From the IMG/VR virus record IMGVR_UViG_3300035228_000987, positions 908 to 64,907 of that record: a DNA stretch of 64,000 nucleotides. One strand, given 5' to 3'. The position numbers were made by a program, and so were the translations under genes. The DNA comes from a virus (Duplodnaviria > Caudoviricetes). The notes beneath the pieces were generated by a model. That model worked only from the letters and a program-made list of their open reading frames with translations, was not told where the DNA came from and searched no databases. How positions within the stretch are numbered: position 1 is the stretch's first letter; each line of letters begins with the position of its first letter. This document shows positions 8,501 to 17,500 of this stretch, piece after piece.

Positions 8501-11500
8501 GGAAGAATTGGTCTATCAACCATAACAACGACTAATAGTATCCTTATTGATCCGAGTAATATTAGATCTGGAGTAAGTACTTTTGTTGCTGGAGTTGGTC
8601 AATCTTCATTTGCGTTTAGTTATACACCAAGATTAAATAGAAACCAATTGATAGATGTATTCGTCAATGGTGTAAGACTATCTGATAGTGACTTTAATTC
8701 TACTAGTGGATCAAATATCATCTTGAATAACTCTACAGGAGGTGGAGAAATTGTTGAGATGGTAAGTTATGGTTCTACTGTAAGAACAAACGATACCTCT
8801 GTATATGCTGGCGCTGGACAAACTAATTTCCCATTCATTTATGCTTCAGGGTTTTTGGATGTTTATTATAATGGTCTAAAATTACCACAGAGAGATTACA
8901 TATCTGACGACGGTCAATCGGTAGTACTAAAAGAAGGTTCAATAGAGGGAGATCTGGTAGAGTTAGTCACATATCCAGAAATTATTAAAATTGAAAAAAC
9001 ATTTACTGCCCAAGGTGGACAGACAACTTTCCCATTCATACATCAATCCGAGTATGGATTAATTGACGTATATTTAAACGGTGTTAAGTTACCTACAGAA
9101 GAATATGATGCTACAAGTGATCTTGATATAAGATTATATGAAGCAGCTAACCAAGAAGATGTTGTTTATGTTTCGTATATCTACTTAAGCGAAATTATTG
9201 GTCTTGGTAAAGATTTCAATGCAAAAATTCAACCAATTTTTAGGGGTGAGATTAATACTGCATTCGTTACTAATAAAGGTGCAAATTATGGATCACGAGA
9301 TATTGTAAATTATAATAGACAACCTCTATTTACTCTCAATAGTGGTAAAAATGCAGAGTTAATTCCAGTTATTAACCAAACTACTGGAGGAATTGAGGAT
9401 GTACTGGTTAGAAATCCTGGAAGTGGTTATAACTCAGTTCCAGACTTAAAAATTATTGGTACAGGATCAAGAGCTATCTTAACACCCATCGTCAAAAATG
9501 GTAAACTTGATAGAGTAATTGTTATTAATCCTGGTGTACAGTATGATCCGAATAATACCAGTCTCATAATAGAAGCATCTGGTTTAGGTGCAAAGTTTGA
9601 ATCGCAGGTCCAAACTTGGAATATCAATAATTTTAGTAAAGTATTCAATAAAGATAAAATTTCTTTAGATGAAGGATTTTTATATCCAGGTGCCTCATCA
9701 ACTCTAAAATATAATCACCTTTATACTCCAAGAAGACTTAGGGAATTATTGTATGGCACAAGACTGTTTAATGGTATTACTCAACTTGAACAGGATCTAA
9801 GGTTAGATCAAAACTCTAGAGAAGTTGAATCTACACAATTTCACTCTCCTATTGTTGGATGGGCATATGATGGAAATCCAATATATGGACCATATGGATT
9901 TGAAACATCAACCGGAGGTCTAATTAAGAGAATAAAGTCTAGTTATGTTCTTACAACAAACAGTGCAAGTAGACCATCTCTATCAAGTTTTCCTCAAGGA
10001 TCATTTACAAATGACTGGGTTTATAATGGTTCTGGAGATCTTGATGAGCATAATGGCAGATTCTGTGTAACACCTGAATATCCTGATGGGGTCTATGCAT
10101 ACTTTACTACTATATCCGAGGACATAGACACTATTGGACCTTTTAAGAACTACAAGCGTCCAGTTTTCCCATATGTCATTGGTGACTCTTTTAATTCAAA
10201 ACCAAACCAATTTAATTTTGATGTAACCTCAACAGAAGATTACTTAGACATTGGTGATACTGATTGGTTTAGAAATACAAATCCTTATGGATTAATCTCA
10301 AATGATACTACATATCAATATATTTTTGATCCGAATAAGGTTAGAAAGCAAACTTCAATAGTTGAGTATGCACAACCAGGTTCTTTAACTGGTATTGATA
10401 TACTTGATGGTGGAGAAAATTATAAAGTTGGTGATAATATTATCTTGTCATCAGAAGTGGGAAGAGGTGCATCTGCACAGGTAGATAAGATACAAGGAAA
10501 ATCTATCAATACTGTTAGTGTTGCTACATCATATATTGAAGATGTGGAGTTTCTTTCCTTGGGTATAAATGGCAATTATCTTGGTATTTGCTCATCTCCA
10601 CACGATTTAAATAATGCGGATATTATTTCTATTGCAGGTATATCAACATATAAGAACGACTTACAAAAAAACTTTAGAATTACAGTAAAAGATTCTAGAG
10701 TTGCATTGGGCGAAAGTATTGACTCGGTTGATGTAACTGGTATTGTTACACATTTAAACCTAGTTAACACACCAGGATATCCAACATTACTAGAAGATGA
10801 TATTTTACTATTAGATTCTGAAGAAGTTAAGGTTCTCAATATAGAAGCAAACAAGTCTAGAATCAGGATTCTTAGATCTAGAGTCGGGACTTTTCATAGT
10901 TCATCAACTGAAGTAAAACAAAAGTCAAGAAGAATTGAGTTCAAGGCAAATTATCAAAAGTCTGGACTGACTCAAATTAATAGAAAACTATATTTTGACC
11001 CCCCCAAAACTGTTGCTATTGCTGCTACTTGGGGTGTAGGAATTACATCAACTGTATTTTTGGACGTTCTAGAGTATAAGATTCCAGCATCGGTCTCTGC
11101 CGGACAATCAACCATACTTCTACTCAAAAATCAAAAAGACATTACAAACTTCTCTGGTGGTGGTTATGTTTCATTAGTAAACCCAACTGATTCTGCTTTT
11201 GCTAGAAAAAATGTTGAAGTTTTAGCAATAGGAACATCTTCAATAACTGTAGATTTTGATACTTCACCTTTGTCTGGTGCGGGGGTTACTGTTTATGTAA
11301 ATAAAGTTGAATCTGCCAAAATACCAACAAGATCTGTTTATTTTGAAAATCACGGACTTGAGACAGGTGATAAGGTTGTATATAACTCAAACAGTGGGTC
11401 TGCAATTAGTGTTATAAGAGATACTACTCCAATCACTCTTACTCAAAATTATGAATTGTTTGTAAGAAGAATTAACAATAACGTTTTCTCTCTGACTACA

Positions 11501-14500
11501 TCAACAGTTGACCTGGGAACAGATGTAAATGATCTTCAATTTACCGGTATTGGAACGGGAGAATATCATAGTTTCAAAACTGTTCGGAATAATGTAATAA
11601 CTGGTCAACTTGAGAGAAATTTAGTAACTGTTGCAACTGGATCTTCTCATGGACTATCATTGAGAGATACGGTATCGGTTGATGTAAATGTTGGTATAAC
11701 AACTACTATAAAAGTTTTCTATAATGATAGAAATCGTAGATTAGTCGTCAATAAGAGATCATTTATATCTTCTGATGTTGATACGATAAAAGATACTATT
11801 CGTATTGACAATCATGGATTATATACAGGTCAAAAGATTATTCTGCAAACGGATTCTTCCACAGATTTCACAAATGATGAACTGTATTATGTGATAGCAT
11901 TTGATAGTAATAAAATACGTCTATCAAAAACTCATTTTGACAGTAGACTAGATTTACCTTCTTTTATCAATATTACCCAATCTTTCTCAGGATCAATATT
12001 CCAGATTAATCCTCAAATTAAATATAGTGGTAATCAAAAAGTTAAGTTTGATCTTTCAGACTCTTCACTCTCATACATTTCATCGTCGGGACAAGCATTT
12101 AGTGCCTTTGAGTTTAATCTCTATACTGATGAAAAGTTTGAAAACTTATATACAACAACTGGCGATCTCAGTGAGTTTAATGTTACCAAGACTGGGGCAA
12201 TTGGATTAAATTCTGATGCCTCATTGACATTTTCTTCATCGTTAGAAACTCCGGAGACAATTTTCTACACACTAAAACCACTTCCAGATGTTCCAGTACT
12301 TGTTAAAAAACAATTAATCAATGATTTTGATAAGATTAGATCTGCACATTCATTGTTAAAAGTTGATAGTGTATATTCAGGCAATCACTCAGTTGTATCA
12401 ACATCATCAACAACATTTTCATATGTTGTTTCATCTCAACCAGAAACTTCTAGATATACTAGTAATAATGCAAACTTATCATACGAGTCTACCTCTAAAA
12501 CTATCTCAGGATCAATTTCTTCAATAAGAATTACATCTCAAGGATCTGGATATGTAAATTTACCTGATATTTCTAGAGTTAATACAGATAATGGAAACTT
12601 TAGTATTTTAAATCCTTATTCTACCAACGTTGGTAGAATTAAGAGTACTAAAATTGAAGATATAGGATTTGATTATCCTACAGATAATACGTTAAGGCCA
12701 TCAGTAAATCTTGCAAATATCTTGCAAGTTGAGCGTTATAGTTCAATTGAGAGTATTGGAATTTCTAGTGCTGGAAATGGTTATACAACTCCACCAGACT
12801 TGATCATAATTGATACTGTAACAAATAATATTTTAGATGTAATATTAAAATACGAATTAGGAAGCCCCGAAGTAAAGATCTTAAAAAACACAAAAGATCT
12901 TTATGATTCATCACCAAATATTATTCCTATTCACAACTCAAACTCTATTGGTATATCTACAGTAGAGTATGACGAATCAACCAAAGATGTTATTATAACA
13001 TTGAACAAATCTTTTGAAACTACTACATCTTTCCCATTCAATGTGGGCGATGAAGTAATGATCGAGAGTGTTGGTATTACAACTACGGGTAAGGGATATA
13101 ATACAAAAGATTATGATTACAATTATTTTACCATAACATCAATAGAACCACGTATTGGGGGAGTTAATCCTACAGTTACACTCAATCTATCAGGTTTTCT
13201 AAAACTTAACGAGAAACCTGGAGAATTTGATAGCGATATCTCATCTGGAAAAATTGTTGCAGTTAAGAATTTCCCATTATTTACTATATCACTATTAAAA
13301 AATGATTTCTTACTTGGTGAGACAATACTAACTACAGATGGCACTGTGGGTGTGGTTGATAAATGGAATGTTCTTAATAATAGGTTAAAGATTCTTTCTC
13401 CTTTTGGCATCTTCAGAAATGGTTTGACAATTGAAGGTAAAACTTCTGGAACTAAGGCATTAATTGTAGACTCCAGTAAGATTGAAGGATCATACAATAT
13501 TGATTCATCATCCGAGGTTAGACAGGGGTGGAAGCGTGATACTGGATTCTTAAATAATGCATTCCAAAGATTGCATGATAGCGATTACTATCAATATTTT
13601 TCATATGAACTTAAATCATCAGTTTCTCTTGAAAACTGGGATGAACCTGTTCAGACATTAAGTCATCCTGCAGGATTCAAGAAGTTTAGTAACTTGATCA
13701 TGGAGGATTCATCTATTGTTGGTATACTTACTGCTCAAGATGAGGGAGACTTTACTTCAACAGTTGATATCATCAACGTTACGAACGTAAACTGTTATAG
13801 TGACTGGGATCTTGTAACAGAAAATTATAAGTTTATAACTGGAGATTTGTTCTCAGATGAAATTATTTTTGGTAGCAAAATTCTACAGAATTATTTTGAA
13901 TCAGTAACAAATAAAGTTCTTTCAATTGATAATATTAGTGATCAATTCAATAGTGATGAGCGTCAAGATCCATTTTCAGTTGTTGACGTTTATCCACTAA
14001 ATCAGAGATATAAAAAGTACATCACTTATGTTAAGGATAAGAGATTTACTAACGAGAGACAACTCTTGATGGTAACAGTCCTTCACGATGATATTAGAGG
14101 ATATTTAAACCAATATGGAAGATTAGAAACATCTTCAGATCTCGGATCTTTTGATTTCTCAATAAGAGCATTTGAAGGCAATCTTGACTTCTATCCTGTG
14201 AAATTCAAGAAAAATAACTACGATATTTCTCTAGTTTCTTATAATCTTGAAGATCAACTTGTTGGTGTTGGAAGCACTGGTTTAGGATCGGTAAGTGAAA
14301 TACAAACTCAAGGAATAACCGTACCTGTAGGGTTTGCCGATACTTCAATAGCAATGGCAACAATTGAAAAATCATATAAAGGTGCCAAAGTTCTTGTATC
14401 AATAGCAACTACAGATTCTATACATCAATATGAAGAGATCTCTATTTTAAGAAATTCTTCTGATGAAATTGCAATGCTTGAGTATGGTCAATTAATTGAT

Positions 14501-17500
14501 GAGTCTTTATCGCAAACCTCAGTGTCTGGACTTGGAACATATGATGCATATGTTCCTTATAAGTTGATTCCAACTGTATCTGCTGCAGATTATTTCAACT
14601 CTTCTGGTATTGAAACTTCAAAAGGTGGAACAGGAACTGGTCCATTTGGTGGATTTTCAATTGGAGATTATACTGAGTTGACTGGAAATGGTCTGAGACA
14701 ATTAACCCTTCCACCAGAAGATGCTAGAAATTATGAGTTTATAACTGTAAATGCAGTCGTTGGTAGTGACTTTAACGGTGGTGAGCAACCCGAGGCAACT
14801 GAATCACTTCACGCATACTATAGTATTGATGGTGGATCAACATATGTTGATTTTGGGGAACTTGTTCCATATACTGGGGCACATTCGCTAAGAAACTATA
14901 CTCTTGAGATTCCCGAGGAGGCAAGAACTGTTAATACACTGTTTAGATTACGTCAACAACAAAATAGTGGAAATGGATTTGATAACTTTGGTATTAAACA
15001 TGTAATCTTTGAAAGTGATCGTACATATGTAAACTTCTATCCAAATGCAGGTATTGCTGGAACAGTCAATACCCTGACTGTGGGACTGGCGCTAACTGCA
15101 GGAACTGGGATCGGTTCCATGACATTCAATACCAATACAGTTGAGTCAATTTACACTGGAATAGGATCAACATCATCTCCAGTAGCAAATAGAATTGCTG
15201 GTTGGTCTACTGATATATTCAATGGTGGTTATCTACTTGTTGGTATTGAAGATCAGACAAATAATGAATATGAATTATTTGAACTTCTTGCCGCTGAAGA
15301 TGATCTAGATCAATCAATAACCGAGTTTGGAAACCTCTTAACTTCAAGTGGTATAGGAACTATCGGAATTGCATGTACTGGAGTAAATCTTGATATTACA
15401 TTTACACCAAATGCAAATATTGCTGCGAATGTAAGAGTATTCCAACACTCACTTCGCTTAGTTGATAACTTTAACACAGATACTGGAATTGGTTTCAGCA
15501 ATGGATCAATTAATTCTGGAAATGGTGTTTACCGAGGAACAGAACTTGATATTACAAGAAGTTTCAATATTGTACACAACAATAAAGATGTTTTTGAGAA
15601 ATACTTTAGTCCAACATCTGATCCCAGAAAAGGACCAGTAATATCAACTAATGTTGTAGATTTAGCGACTAATCAAATATCAGTAGATGATCACTTCTTC
15701 GTAAGTGGAGAGGAGATTACATATTCATACCCAGATGTTCCCGGATTTGAACCCATTGGTATTGCTCAAACTACAATTTTAGGAATAACTACGGATAAAC
15801 TCCCATCTAGGATATATGCAGTTAGTAGTGGAAAAAATGGCGTAAAAGTTGCTGCATCCGCATCTGAAGCATTAAGAGTTCCTCCATCTGTACTTGACAT
15901 ATCATCAACTGGTATAGGTGTATCACATAGGTTCACTGCTTGTAAGCAAAATCAAAAATCTCTCATAACTATTGATAATCTAATTCAATCTCCGGTTGTT
16001 GCTACAGCAACAACAACTATCTTGAATAAAGTCGTCACTACTTTTGATGACTCAATAATCATGAAAGATATCACAAAGTTCATGAGTGGTGATATTGTTA
16101 AAATTGACGAAGAAATTATGAGAATTGACTCTATCAATTCGTCAAATAATAAAGTAAATGTTAGAAGACCTTGGATGGGAACAAATATTGGTATTCACTC
16201 TTTGAGTACAAAAGTTCAACTCATGAGAGGTAATTATAATATTATAGGGAACAAACTTAACTTTATTGATGCACCACTAGGATTAAATCCTATAGGATCT
16301 ACAACAAATCAACCAAACGAGAGAGATTTTACTGGAATTTCTACATCATCAGTATTCTCTGGCAGAGTATTCACTAAAACTGGCACAATAGGTGATACTC
16401 AAGACCCTTATAATAAGAACTATCTGTTTGATGATCTATCAGACTCATTCACTGGTGTAACAACAGAGTTTACCTTGACGAGCAGCACACCTCTTGATGG
16501 TGAAGTATTTGATATTACCTCGGAGTCAATTACATTTAATGGCGCAACATGGCCTGTAAGAGGCAAATTGTATGTTCCAAATACACCATCTCCAGATTCC
16601 GATGTTGTTGTTTTCTATCATGGTGATATTGATGATTCTAGTACAACAGTTTTGGAATCTGCACAAAATTTGTTTACATATGCAAAAGATATTCTCTTAT
16701 TAAAGGATAAGATTATTTTTAGTGCTGCTTATCCACAAGATGACATTCCTCAAGCAAATTCTCTTGATGGAACTATTGGTGGAATTGAGAACGCTTCATT
16801 CTTATATGAAAATAACTTGAATTATGCTCGCGCATCTTTACGTTGGGCAAAATCCACCTTGAATACATATCTAACTGGAAATGGAGTTAATAAGATCGTT
16901 GATAAAATTTACATGTTTGGTCACACCCAAGGTGGAGCACTTGTTCATAAATTAAATCGTTTTGAGAGAACTGATGGTGTTATTATTAGTGCGGTCAATC
17001 AAATTCGCCTTGATTTAACATGTCGCTCAGAAGAAACAAATGGTCTTGTTGGAACTGGAAAAACTATTTCTAATATAAACGCCACATGCCAAAAACTGTT
17101 TAATCAATTTGGATCAGCATTTAATACTGCAGAATACTTTAACAGATCAGTTCAAGGTTATACAACAGGTTTACTAGCACCTGTTCTCTACATTCAAGGA
17201 CAGCAAGATACTACAACTAATAGTAATCAAGTAAACCTTGTAGATACATTATACGCTTCTTTGCAGGGTCAGGGTAATCCAACTACATCTTTGTTGAGAG
17301 TCACTGGCGGTCAAAATGCATACATTGCAAATGCAGATGTTCATGAAGAAATTAGAAACTTTGTGAAATCTGATGGTGCATCAAATATATTTAAGAGTGA
17401 AATCACTGGAATATCAACCAATAATGCTATAGTTGTACTTAACGGAATTTTCCAATCACCATCTCGGTTTGGAACAAATCCTATTGTTAATGATTATCAT

